Shown here piece after piece: positions 19,064-28,430 of a stretch of DNA of 64,000 nucleotides (position 1 is its first letter; the number at the start of each line of letters is the position of its first letter). Source of the stretch: Verrucomicrobiales bacterium. GTDB lineage: Bacteria > Verrucomicrobiota > Verrucomicrobiia > Verrucomicrobiales > V1-33. Location: NCBI GenBank assembly GCA_031411295.1, contig JANOAV010000140.1, forward strand, positions 65,727-129,726. Direction: 5' to 3'. The translations under genes and the position numbers were made by a program. Below the pieces are notes generated by a model. The model was not told the origin of the DNA. It made no database searches and worked only from the letters and a program-made list of their open reading frames with translations.

Positions 19064-19816
19064 TTACAGATATCCGATGAGGCTGCGCATCTCTGCCCGG
19101 ATCTCTTCCGGGTCCATGGAAGCGATGGTCTGGCCCACTTCCTGGAACAATTCCTGGCGGAAGGATTGGCGCATCCGGTGGAGGGTGGTGCGGACGTTGG
19201 ATGGGCTGGTGCCAAGGCGGGCCCCGATTTCCTCCGAGGTGGCATCGTCATCGCCCGGATCACGCAGGCGGGGGTAGAGGGCTTCGAACAAGGGGTTCGG
19301 GCCGGCATCCAAATAATGTTTCCGGGTGGCTGCCAACGCTTTTTCCAAGGCATCCAAGGCCCAGCGGCGTTGGAAGATGAGATCCGGGCTGAGATTGTCC
19401 GCCATGACCGTCTGGTAGGCTTCTTCGGCGGTGGTGAATTCGATGTGGACGAACGATTGGCCGCGTTTTCTAGCAGATTTTCGCAATTGGTCACTGACGA
19501 GGAAATTGCCCAAGGAAGCGAAGAGGAAGGAGCGGAGTTTCCCGAGGGAGGGATCGGCCTTGGCGAACCATTTTTTCTGGAGCAAGTGGCAAAAGAAACC
19601 CTGGGTTAGATCTTCGGCGTCCAGGGGGGCGTTGCCATGGTGACGGATGTAGGTGTAAACTGGGGTCCAGTAAGTTTGGCAGATTTCCTCCAAGGCGGTG
19701 CGCATGCTGCGAGTCGTGGCATGGCCAGCCCGCCACACCAGGCTCCATTTGGTGGCAGCAGTGAGTTTGTCGGGTGGGGGATCGGGGGGAGGGACAGCAG
19801 TAGGTGGGGCCTTCAC
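19064..19816 (-). CDS. ECF sigma-70 factor of the kinase-associated PVC type
   Basis: TKWSLV, ALEEICQTYWTPVYTYIR, DAEDLTQGFF, GKLRSFL, region-4 EIGARLGTSPSNVRTTLHRMR. Confidence 0.9.
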   Translation of the reverse strand: MKAPPTAVPPPDPPPDKLTAATKWSLVWRAGHATTRSMRTALEEICQTYWTPVYTYIRHHGNAPLDAEDLTQGFFCHLLQKKWFAKADPSLGKLRSFLFASLGNFLVSDQLRKSARKRGQSFVHIEFTTAEEAYQTVMADNLSPDLIFQRRWALDALEKALAATRKHYLDAGPNPLFEALYPRLRDPGDDDATSEEIGARLGTSPSNVRTTLHRMRQSFRQELFQEVGQTIASMDPEEIRAEMRSLIGYL

Positions 19817-19883
19817 GGTCGGTTAATCAATCGCACCGGGGCGTAAATGACAAATGAAAATAATGGTGATTCCTATCAGACAT

Positions 19884-21743
19884 TTACTTGCGCCAGGGCA
19901 TGACGGCGGATGGGGACGTGCCGAGGCGGACTTCGTCGATCATGAAGCTGGTGGTAGGGCCTTTGGCAGTGTCCGTCCCGGCTCCCAAACGCACTTTGAT
20001 AAGTTGACTCCATTTTTCCACGTTGGACTGGAAGCTGGTAAATGATTTCCCCTCGGCCTCTGGCGGAGGGACATCGAGCCGTGGATTCGCCCAAAGGGTA
20101 AAGCGCTCCTGACCTGACTTGTTGATGTTCAGCTCCATTTTTACGAGGAGGAAGGTTAGCTGGGTGGTCGGCAGGTCAACGAAGGCCCGTTTACTATCTT
20201 TATTCAGGGTGGAGCGGTCCCAGATATGCCAGGTCTGGGTCGCAGCCCCTGACGGCATGCCGACGGCTAGGATCTCATCGTCTGAGGTGTTGTCGTCAGG
20301 GGGGATGATGGTGTTATCCCGCGCCCGCAGGCAGAGGTTGAAGAAATTATCGGTGGTGCCGGCAGTTTGTTTTGCAAGCAGGGAGAGCCAGAGTGTGGCG
20401 GGGGCGTCGGCGGGAATGGTCAGGGGGCAAATGTCGTCGATTTGCTGTTTGTGTCCGATGCCATCGACCTGGGCGGCATTTCCCGCAGTGAGTAAATGAT
20501 TGCCTGCGCTGTCGGTGTATTCCAAGCTGCCACTTTGGATATCCGACGCGGCAGTTTGGGAGGGATTTTTTCTGTCATAGCCACCGTGTCCCGGGAGCGC
20601 GTCCTTGCCGATGGGATAGTCGAAGGATTCCTGATAATAGAGGTGGGGAGGCAGTGGTCGGCTGACGGCGGGAGCCACTTCGGCGGGGGGCGTGGGGGCG
20701 GGTTGGGGGCGCAAGACCAGAGCGGTGGTGGTGCCGGTGGCGACCAGCAGGGTGGTGAGGATGGCGGGCATGCGCCAACGCTGCCAGTGTCCGTGTCGGG
20801 GGCGGAGGCGACGCAGATCTGCCGCCAGGCTGGCGGCATTCTGGTAGCGCCTGGCTGGTTCGGCATGCATCGCCTTGAGGACAAGGCGATCCACTTTGCG
20901 GTGGACTTGGGTGCATTTAGAGGGTGGAGCAAAGGCCCCTTTGGGCAGCTTCCCCACTAGCATTTCATACAAGATAATCCCCATGGAGTAAACATCAGAG
21001 CGCTCGTCCAAGGAGCCGCCGTGCAGCAACTCAGGGGCCATATAATCGGCCGTGCCCATGACTTCATTGGGCCTCGTGATACCGGATCCGGGGGCTTCTG
21101 GAGTGATGCTGCGAGCGAGTCCAAAGTCCACCACTTTGACGCGGCCTCTGGGGGTAACGAGAATGTTGGCTGGCTTGATGTCACGATGCAGAATATCCTG
21201 TTCGTGGGCGGCTTGCAGGGCTTCTGAGACTTGTCGGGCGATGCTCACCATGTCCATGAAGCTGAGGAGGTCGTCTCCACCCCGGGCCTTGGAGAGCTGA
21301 TGATCCTTGACCAGTTCTGCCAAATTTCTCCCGATCACATAATCCATCACGAAGTAGTGGTGTCCCGCGGTGGTCCCGAAATCAAAGACCGGCACAATGT
21401 TCGGGTGGTCGAGCTTGGCCAAGGATTGGGCCTCACGCTCGAAACGTTCCTGGAATCCTGGCTGTTCGGCTAATTCCGGTGGGAGGATTTTGATGGCGAT
21501 GTTCCGTTTGAGCCGGGGGTCATAGCCCGCATAGACCGCCCCCATGCCGCCGCGCCCGAGCATACGTCTGATTTGATATTGGGGAAACAACGGTGTCAGA
21601 TCCTCGATGGCTGGGGCCTGCCATCGCGTGGCTGGATGGGTTGGAGTAGGTGCCGCCAGCACGTCTTCGAACAGTCGTTTCGCGGAGCCTAAATTCAACG
21701 TTGCCGCAGGCAAAGGAGTTGGGGGCGGGTGCGAGTCGGACAT
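19884..21743 (-). CDS. Membrane Ser/Thr protein kinase with extracytoplasmic beta-sandwich-like domain
   Basis: LGRGGMGAVY, AIKIL, HRDIKPANIL, DFGLA, GTADYMAPE; TM ILTTLLVATGTTTALVL. Confidence 0.93.
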   Translation of the reverse strand: MSDSHPPPTPLPAATLNLGSAKRLFEDVLAAPTPTHPATRWQAPAIEDLTPLFPQYQIRRMLGRGGMGAVYAGYDPRLKRNIAIKILPPELAEQPGFQERFEREAQSLAKLDHPNIVPVFDFGTTAGHHYFVMDYVIGRNLAELVKDHQLSKARGGDDLLSFMDMVSIARQVSEALQAAHEQDILHRDIKPANILVTPRGRVKVVDFGLARSITPEAPGSGITRPNEVMGTADYMAPELLHGGSLDERSDVYSMGIILYEMLVGKLPKGAFAPPSKCTQVHRKVDRLVLKAMHAEPARRYQNAASLAADLRRLRPRHGHWQRWRMPAILTTLLVATGTTTALVLRPQPAPTPPAEVAPAVSRPLPPHLYYQESFDYPIGKDALPGHGGYDRKNPSQTAASDIQSGSLEYTDSAGNHLLTAGNAAQVDGIGHKQQIDDICPLTIPADAPATLWLSLLAKQTAGTTDNFFNLCLRARDNTIIPPDDNTSDDEILAVGMPSGAATQTWHIWDRSTLNKDSKRAFVDLPTTQLTFLLVKMELNINKSGQERFTLWANPRLDVPPPEAEGKSFTSFQSNVEKWSQLIKVRLGAGTDTAKGPTTSFMIDEVRLGTSPSAVMPWRK

Positions 21744-21781
21744 GGGGTCGGGGGGCGACGGATGTCGTCTGAGGTATTTGC

Positions 21782-22888
21782 TTAGGGCAGGGGCGGAGCC
21801 GTGCGTGAGACTCTTAAATATAACCTCGTCTGAGTCGAGGGAGGCGTGGTCCAGGTGGCGATTTCGGATCCCGTGGGATTGACGCGGGTGCTGGCGGGGT
21901 AGGGTTCCCAGTCAATGAGGTTGGTGCTCCACTGCACAGTATCTTCCGCTCCCGGGGCGGCGGCCCACGAAATGGTGGTAGCGCCATTCGCGTTTAATTG
22001 CACGCTGGTGGCGTTCAGCGCCAGATAGGGGGTGACGTCCCGCCAGGAGGTGCCGACCCGAATTTCGTCGATGACGAAAGATGACGCGGGGCCATTAGTG
22101 GTGGTGTAACCTGCGCCCAGTCGAATTTCACTGATGTCTGACCACGCCGTAACATCGGAGACTGTCGAGGTGAATCCTTTGGCGGCACTTTCATCCGGTG
22201 CCTGATCCAGCCGGGGATTCAGCCACATGGCGTAGCGTTCCAGCACGCTGGCATTGACGTTGCTTTCCAAGCGCGCCAGCAGGAACACTTGGGTTTGGGC
22301 GGGGACCTCGGACATCGCGAAACTAGAGGAAGGATCGGAGCTGCTGCGATCCCAGATGCGCCAGAACTGTTTCCCTGGATCGGGGGGCGTTACGGTTGGC
22401 ATGCCGAAAACGACGGCTTCGAACGGAGTGGTGCCCGAAGGTGGCGGGTTAATCCGCAGGGCTAGATTAAAAAAGCGCGCGGTGGTTCCAGCCGTTTGGC
22501 GACCAATGAAGGAGAGCCAAATCGTGTCCCCTACCTTCGGGGCGGTCCACCTCGTGGCCAGCGTATGGGCATGGGAAATGGTGGCGGATTCCTCCGCGGA
22601 GTCCACCCAAGCGTGCTTGCCGCTGGCGGCCAAGGCATGACCAGCACTATCCACGTAAGTTAGACCGCCGGGCACCAGGTTGGCTTGGGAGGAGGCGATG
22701 GCCTGGGCGGTTGCGGTTCCGGAAGGCGAGGTCTCGTTCGGGCCGAATCCCCCATAATTCTTCAATCCATCTTCATTGACCGGGAAGCGGACGGCGGGGA
22801 AGGATTCCTCGTAGAGCAATTCAGCATGAACTGGCAAGGCTAACGAGAGAGCGGTGAGGAGCAAGGGGAGGAAGAGGGCGGATTTCAT
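21782..22888 (-). CDS. Exported protein paralogous to the kinase ectodomain, with a Verrucomicrobia-type C-terminal domain
   Basis: Signal peptide ending VHA; shared motifs with the kinase C-terminus; tail VQWSTNLIDW...LYLRV. Confidence 0.8.
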   Translation of the reverse strand: MKSALFLPLLLTALSLALPVHAELLYEESFPAVRFPVNEDGLKNYGGFGPNETSPSGTATAQAIASSQANLVPGGLTYVDSAGHALAASGKHAWVDSAEESATISHAHTLATRWTAPKVGDTIWLSFIGRQTAGTTARFFNLALRINPPPSGTTPFEAVVFGMPTVTPPDPGKQFWRIWDRSSSDPSSSFAMSEVPAQTQVFLLARLESNVNASVLERYAMWLNPRLDQAPDESAAKGFTSTVSDVTAWSDISEIRLGAGYTTTNGPASSFVIDEIRVGTSWRDVTPYLALNATSVQLNANGATTISWAAAPGAEDTVQWSTNLIDWEPYPASTRVNPTGSEIATWTTPPSTQTRLYLRVSRTAPPLP

Positions 22889-23148
22889 TGGCTAGGACCC
22901 TGTTCTAAAGCAATCGGCGTGCAGAGTAAATGTTAAAAGTGCTTTTTAGGTAACAAACCACGGCGGATCTATGGACCGCCTTTAATTTCTAAATATCAGC
23001 GAGTTATGCAAATTCTTCATTTTTGGGATTTCCCGGTTCAAAGCCCCGTGCAAAAAATCCGCCGCTCTATTTTCTGGGGAAACTGGATGGAAATTATAAT
23101 TCCTCCCGAGAAATTATGGATTTTAAAGGGGTAATTAAGGATATTTAA

Positions 23149-23470
23149 CGAATATCCATGTCTATTCGGGGAATATCCATGTCTATTCGGGGAATATCTG
23201 TAACTTTTCGGGGGATAGCAATGGAGATTCGAGGAATATCCAAGGAGATTCGACGGGTAGCAGTGGAGATTCGACGGATAGCAATGGAGATTCGAGGAAT
23301 ATCCAAGGAGATTCGGCGGGTAGCAGAGGAGATTCGACGGGTAGCAACGGATATTTGAGGGAGATCAATGGAGATCCGATGGGTAGCAACGGCTATGCGT
23401 GGAGTGGCCTTGGAGATCCGAGAAATATCGCTGGAGATGCAGGAAATGGTAACAAACAATCGTGAGGCAT
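23149..23470. repeat. Degenerate 21-bp tandem repeat (~15 units)
   Basis: Units such as gaatatccatgtctattcggg and ggagattcgacgggtagcagt; 63-bp higher-order duplication near 23214-23339. Confidence 0.88.
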
Positions 23471-23475
23471 GCGCG

Positions 23476-26400
23476 TTATTTATCGCTGAGCCGCCGGTCA
23501 TGCGAAAAGATGTCGAAGTTGCGCTCCCCGTCGGGACCGTTGAGGCGGAGGCGGATTTCCCCTTCCAAGCCGTAGAAACGCAGGGTGCCGGTGCACTTGT
23601 CGTAGGCAAAATCGCGCAACGTTTCGAGGAGTTTGGTGACGGCCTTGCGTTCGACCTCACTCCAATCCGCCGGGATGGCCTTGATGGCATCTTCCAGGGC
23701 CAGGATTTTGATGCGTCCAGTGGTGCGATTGGAGAATTCACCGGTGGCCTGATACAATGAGGTCTTGTCCCCTTGGGCAATGATTTTTCCGCTGAGGGGG
23801 CCAGTCATGCTAAAATAGGCCGGAGTGAGGGTCTGGGTGATTTCCTTCGTTTCCAGATTGGTTCCTGCCAGCCACATGTCCCAGGACAAATTATCATCCA
23901 GGTAGAGATTGAAGGCACCCTCCAAATCGCCCTGGTAAGCCTTGGCCCAGAAACGGGCGTAAACGCCGTTTTTGTCATAGGTCACCTGCAGGGTGACATC
24001 GGCCATGCGGAACTGTTTGTAGCGCAGCCAATCGGCTTTGAAGACCTGCACCAAGTTGTTATCCTTCAGCTTCATGGGCAGATTGAAGACGATGGCTCCC
24101 TGACTGATGGCCACCACTAACTCAGTTCCCAACATCGGTTTATACAATCCGGGGGGCACCGCTAATTCGGCATTGATGCGCCCTTCCTTGAGGCTGGAGT
24201 CCGCCCCGAACGGCAACGGCGGCACGCGCAACATGGGGGAGTCTTTCACGGTGGTGATGAGCTGGCCGGAGAGCGCGCGCAGGCGATTGACCTTCCAGTT
24301 GGCACCGCTGGGGGCTAGCGGAATCGGGGAAGGGGAGGCCGGAGTGTCCCCGACCAAGCTGATGAGCGATCCCAAGAGCGAGCGCATTTCGGCAACGGCA
24401 GGTTGGGCCGGGGTGGGGGACTGGGCGCGGAGTTTATCCACGTAATGGAAGAGGCTGTCTCCCACATAAATTTTCGGATTCACCAGTTCGATCAGTTCGA
24501 TTTCCCGGTTCATCAGTCCGGCCAGGCTGAAGTGGATGAAATTGGTATCAAAGTCCGCTACGGAAGTGCCAACGCGGGTGCCGGGCACATAGACGAAGGG
24601 CAGCTCGATGCGTTCAGGGGTATCGCTTTGCCGCAGGCCTTGCGCGGTGAGCGGAAGATTGCGCAGCGTCTTGTGGGCCAGCGGAAGGAGAATTTCCGGG
24701 GCATCCGGGACCAGATGGTGAATGTAAATTTTCGTGTTCGCCAATTCCAAATTCCCAATGTGCCAATCGAGCGGTTGTGGTCCCAAATCTAATTCCACAG
24801 GCCGGGCCAGGGTTTGCGGGGCCTGGGACGACTCCGATTCTGCCTCGGAAATCTGGCTGTCGGAATCGTTCACGCCCACCTGCAAACGGGAGCCACGGGC
24901 TGTGACGCGTTCGATGCGACGTTGCTGCCAGAGTTGGCGCGGATCAATTTCTACCTGCACTTGCTGAGCCCGATAAAGGGCGGGAGCCCGGGGGCTGCCG
25001 GGGGTGCTAATGGTGATCTCATCCAAGTTGACGACCCAGTTGCCCAGGATCGTCTCCGCCGAGATGTCCGTCGTGAAATTCGGCGCCTTGTCGCCCAAGT
25101 CCCGGACTTCGAGGCGACCATCGGAAATTGTGAGATCATCGCACCGCCAGCCGTGCCAGGCGGGCAGTGCTGCGTTGTCTGCGGCAACGGTGGCGGGCTC
25201 TGGTGACTGGAGGGCGGCCAAATCACTGCCTGTTAGGGTGATCTGCGGCCTCGTCCACGCCAGGCGACGGAAACGTTTGCTGGAGGAGATTTCGTCCCAT
25301 TGCCCGGCGGCGGTAAGCGCGTCCCAGCGCAACCAGGGTTGCGAGGAGCCTGCCCGGGTCACGCTGACTGCCGCCAGGGTGATTTCCTGCGGCGCATTGG
25401 AAGTTAGGCGTCCCGCCTCGATCCGCAAATCCTGGGCTTGGGCGCTCAGGGTGCCGGTTACTTCCAACGGTGGCAGCCACCCTTCGAGGCCGCAGGCGGT
25501 GAGTTGGGTGGAGGTGATCTTAATCTCGGTCGGTTGCAGGGCAAAGTTGGCGATGCGCCAACCTCCCTGCGGGAGGGCCTCGGCGGAGGCTGACATTTCC
25601 GGAAGGGTAAGCAACGCGGGTGCCCCTGCTTCCCCGAGGCGGAAATTGCGCAGGGAAAAATCCGCCTGCCCAGAGAGGGGGCCGGTGGTGAACGAGGTCA
25701 CGAGATCATGGGCTTGGACGGAAACTTGACCCTGCCCGGGAGGAAGCTTTGGCAGCCACGGCAGGCTGGCGAATTTCACCGCCATGGGCCCCACGATCAC
25801 GTCCTCCAGCTTCAGCGTCTGCGCGACCAACGGTCCAGCGGTGGCGGCCACGGTGGGACCAGGTTTGCCGATGGCCAGGACCTTCCAGAGGGCTGCGCCC
25901 GCTTGGGCACTCAGACCGCTGGTGCGGAGGTGATGCACGGTAATTTGCCGGGTGGTGGCGTCGGCGGAACAAGTTAGGGCGATTTCCGCCGCATGGGCTC
26001 CGGGGGTGGTGGCATCCGGTTGCAGATTGACTTGCCGGAGGGAGATCGTCTGCCGCTCCGCCTGCAATCCGGCGGCACCGAGGCTGGCGGCACCGCCCTC
26101 CCAGTTTAGCACTAACGCGGCGGTCTCTCCGGAGGGCAGGGCCACATCCAGTGCGGCATCGGAGATATGGAGGGCAGACAGGTGGAAGGAGGTTGCCGAC
26201 GTGTCCTCCGCTACTTGGGGGCGTTGCAGGCGCTGGAGAATTTCCGGCGTCAGGTGGGCTCGGAGTTGATCCAGGGTGATCTCCCCCAGTTCCCCGGTCG
26301 CCAGCTTCAGTGGATTCACGGTGAGGTGAGCGCTGCGCAGTTCGAGCCACGGTTTCTGCGCAGTGCCGTCCGTGAGTTTGAGACCCTTGATTTCCAAGCC

Positions 26401-26616
26401 TCCGCGCGTCCATTCCAGACCGTGGACTTGGGCGGGGAATTCCGGCAACGCCCGCGCCAGTCCCTGCCGCAGCAGGGTGAGCCGCATTTGCCAGGCCACT
26501 GCTCCCAGAATCAGCACGGTGAGACCGATCCATCCAAGGACGCGCAGCCAGCGACGAGGTCGGCGTGCGGGCGACGGTGGCTGAGGTGATGCGGAACTGG
26601 CGGGCTTCATGGTCAA
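23476..26616 (-). CDS. Large envelope protein, AsmA/YdbH-like (N-terminal TM + beta-rich body)
   Basis: RRWLRVLGWIGLTVLILGAVAW anchor followed by ~1000 aa of beta-strand-rich sequence. Confidence 0.6.
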   Translation of the reverse strand: MTMKPASSASPQPPSPARRPRRWLRVLGWIGLTVLILGAVAWQMRLTLLRQGLARALPEFPAQVHGLEWTRGGLEIKGLKLTDGTAQKPWLELRSAHLTVNPLKLATGELGEITLDQLRAHLTPEILQRLQRPQVAEDTSATSFHLSALHISDAALDVALPSGETAALVLNWEGGAASLGAAGLQAERQTISLRQVNLQPDATTPGAHAAEIALTCSADATTRQITVHHLRTSGLSAQAGAALWKVLAIGKPGPTVAATAGPLVAQTLKLEDVIVGPMAVKFASLPWLPKLPPGQGQVSVQAHDLVTSFTTGPLSGQADFSLRNFRLGEAGAPALLTLPEMSASAEALPQGGWRIANFALQPTEIKITSTQLTACGLEGWLPPLEVTGTLSAQAQDLRIEAGRLTSNAPQEITLAAVSVTRAGSSQPWLRWDALTAAGQWDEISSSKRFRRLAWTRPQITLTGSDLAALQSPEPATVAADNAALPAWHGWRCDDLTISDGRLEVRDLGDKAPNFTTDISAETILGNWVVNLDEITISTPGSPRAPALYRAQQVQVEIDPRQLWQQRRIERVTARGSRLQVGVNDSDSQISEAESESSQAPQTLARPVELDLGPQPLDWHIGNLELANTKIYIHHLVPDAPEILLPLAHKTLRNLPLTAQGLRQSDTPERIELPFVYVPGTRVGTSVADFDTNFIHFSLAGLMNREIELIELVNPKIYVGDSLFHYVDKLRAQSPTPAQPAVAEMRSLLGSLISLVGDTPASPSPIPLAPSGANWKVNRLRALSGQLITTVKDSPMLRVPPLPFGADSSLKEGRINAELAVPPGLYKPMLGTELVVAISQGAIVFNLPMKLKDNNLVQVFKADWLRYKQFRMADVTLQVTYDKNGVYARFWAKAYQGDLEGAFNLYLDDNLSWDMWLAGTNLETKEITQTLTPAYFSMTGPLSGKIIAQGDKTSLYQATGEFSNRTTGRIKILALEDAIKAIPADWSEVERKAVTKLLETLRDFAYDKCTGTLRFYGLEGEIRLRLNGPDGERNFDIFSHDRRLSDK

Positions 26617-26628
26617 CCCTAATGTGCG

Positions 26629-26940
26629 TCACTCTCCCCCGATCACAACCAGTTTCCCCTCCCGCGCATCCAAGCAGCGCCACTTCAGTCCCCGTTGCGA
26701 TTGCTTCGGTAAGTGCAGCGGCACCCCACCGACTTCAAAGCATTCATGCTCGGGAAGTTTCTTGGCCGGAATCCAGGTCAGGGTAACCCAACTCTCACCA
26801 GCCCGCGGACCTTCTTTGCAATGCACAAAGTCCAGACTCGGCACTCGCTCTTTTTGCTGGGCAGCATCCTGACTCCACCATTCCTTCAGGAAGGTGGTGA
26901 ACTCCGTGGTGACGATAACTCCGCAGCGTAGGCGATCCAT
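26629..26940 (-). CDS. Hypothetical protein
   Basis: 103-aa ORF co-oriented with and 12 bp upstream of the large envelope gene. Confidence 0.55.
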   Translation of the reverse strand: MDRLRCGVIVTTEFTTFLKEWWSQDAAQQKERVPSLDFVHCKEGPRAGESWVTLTWIPAKKLPEHECFEVGGVPLHLPKQSQRGLKWRCLDAREGKLVVIGGE

Positions 26941-27170
26941 AGGGGTGATTATTCTGCGAGAATTTTCGTGGATGCACGAGTAATTTTAGCTGGCTCTATG
27001 AAATTACCAGAATTTCTGAGCAAAAATTGGTTTTTAGGGAGTTTGCAGAAACCGAAATCGCGAAGACGCAGGAAATTCGTTTGTTCCCGGTCGATTTCTC
27101 TTGGATTATGTGGCAAACTGATGCGATACTTAACGTCGCTTAACGAATTGTTTGTTAGGATTCTTGACTT

Positions 27171-28232
27171 ATGACCACCGCCATTGAGCCTACCCCAGAA
27201 CTCGGGACCGAAGTGCCCTTATCCCAAGTGGAAAAGGCGCTCAGCGCGCTTTTTGCCAGTGACGAGGCCGTGACGCGTGCTTCACTGATGAATTTCGCAA
27301 TTTATAGTGAGCATCCAGACTCGTTGGACGAGAACACGGACCTGATTCGACAAGTCACTCGCGAGCATGCCTGCCGGGCCATTCTGATTGCGGTTAATCC
27401 CGGGGCCGAGGCCTTGAAAGTGAGAGCCTGGGTCACGGCCCACTGCAACGTGGGGTCTGGGGGAGGGAAGTCCGTTTGCTCCGAGCAGGTGACGTTCCTC
27501 ATTGAAGGGTGTAATGATTACTTGGTGGCCAATACCCTGCTGGCGCGTTTGGATTCGGATCTCCCGCTGGTGTTTTGGTGGCAGGGGGATTTCTCAGCCA
27601 ATTTCGAGCCCACCCTCTACTCGCGGATTGATCGGTTGATCTTTGACAGTGGTTCCTGGGCTGACCCGCTAACGCAAATCACCCGCCTCGAAGAAGCCTA
27701 TGCGGAGGGCACCACTCACTTCAATGTCATGGACTTGGCGTGGACCCGCGTGCTCCAGATGCGATTGGCCATTGCTTCCTGCTACGATGATCCCCTGGCT
27801 TTGGCGGAGTTGCCCAGAGTGAATGATGTCACCATTTGTCACCATCCCGCTCACTCTCTGGATGCCCGTATGCTGGCGGCTTGGATGGCTCATCAAGCGG
27901 GCTGGGAGTGGCAACTCCCAGGCGATGGCGACGCCTATCAATTACTCTCCAAGGAAGGAGTGGCCATCAGCTTGCGCTTCCATCCGGTGGTCACGGATTT
28001 TCCAGTCTCCTGCATTCGCCTCTGCGGTCCGAATGTAAGCTGCGAAGTCCAGCGGGAACAGAGCAGTCCCTTCATTCGCAGCGTTATCGCCAGTGGCACC
28101 CACCAGACCCAGCAATTGCAACCGGCCACGATCAACACCCCAGCAGAGTTGATCGTCGAGCGCCTCCGCCGTGGCTGCAATAATCGGCTTTATTTCACCC
28201 TGCTAAAAACGGTCAGGAAATTATTAGCTTAA
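27171..28232 (+). CDS. opcA: Glucose-6-phosphate dehydrogenase assembly protein OpcA
   Basis: TRASLMN, VCSEQVTF, DLPLVFWWQG, DRLIFDS, DLAWTR motifs. Confidence 0.88.
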   Translation: MTTAIEPTPELGTEVPLSQVEKALSALFASDEAVTRASLMNFAIYSEHPDSLDENTDLIRQVTREHACRAILIAVNPGAEALKVRAWVTAHCNVGSGGGKSVCSEQVTFLIEGCNDYLVANTLLARLDSDLPLVFWWQGDFSANFEPTLYSRIDRLIFDSGSWADPLTQITRLEEAYAEGTTHFNVMDLAWTRVLQMRLAIASCYDDPLALAELPRVNDVTICHHPAHSLDARMLAAWMAHQAGWEWQLPGDGDAYQLLSKEGVAISLRFHPVVTDFPVSCIRLCGPNVSCEVQREQSSPFIRSVIASGTHQTQQLQPATINTPAELIVERLRRGCNNRLYFTLLKTVRKLLA

Positions 28233-28430
28233 TTCCGCTTTAATCGTATTCTCCTTATTCCGTCTCGCTATTTGTTGCTTAATTTTGCTAATCTCATTGA
28301 ACACATCTTTATTCCCTCGGTCTGATTAAACAGTGCCCGAATTACGCCGCACCAGCCGCCCGGAAACTTCTCCGCTACGGTTCCGTTTCTCCAAATTTGA
28401 TCTCTGCTAACTTTTTCAAAAACTCCCTCC

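Noticed and set aside
18961..19494. Long N-terminal extension of the MBL hydrolase (similar extensions on galK, PEP-CTERM, MmeI-like, eno and DUF1501 ORFs)
   Set aside because: The extensions overlap neighbouring genes or intergenic DNA, and family motifs begin at downstream ATGs.
23149..23470. CRISPR or iteron array
   Set aside because: Contiguous degenerate 21-mers without spacers; no rep or cas gene nearby.
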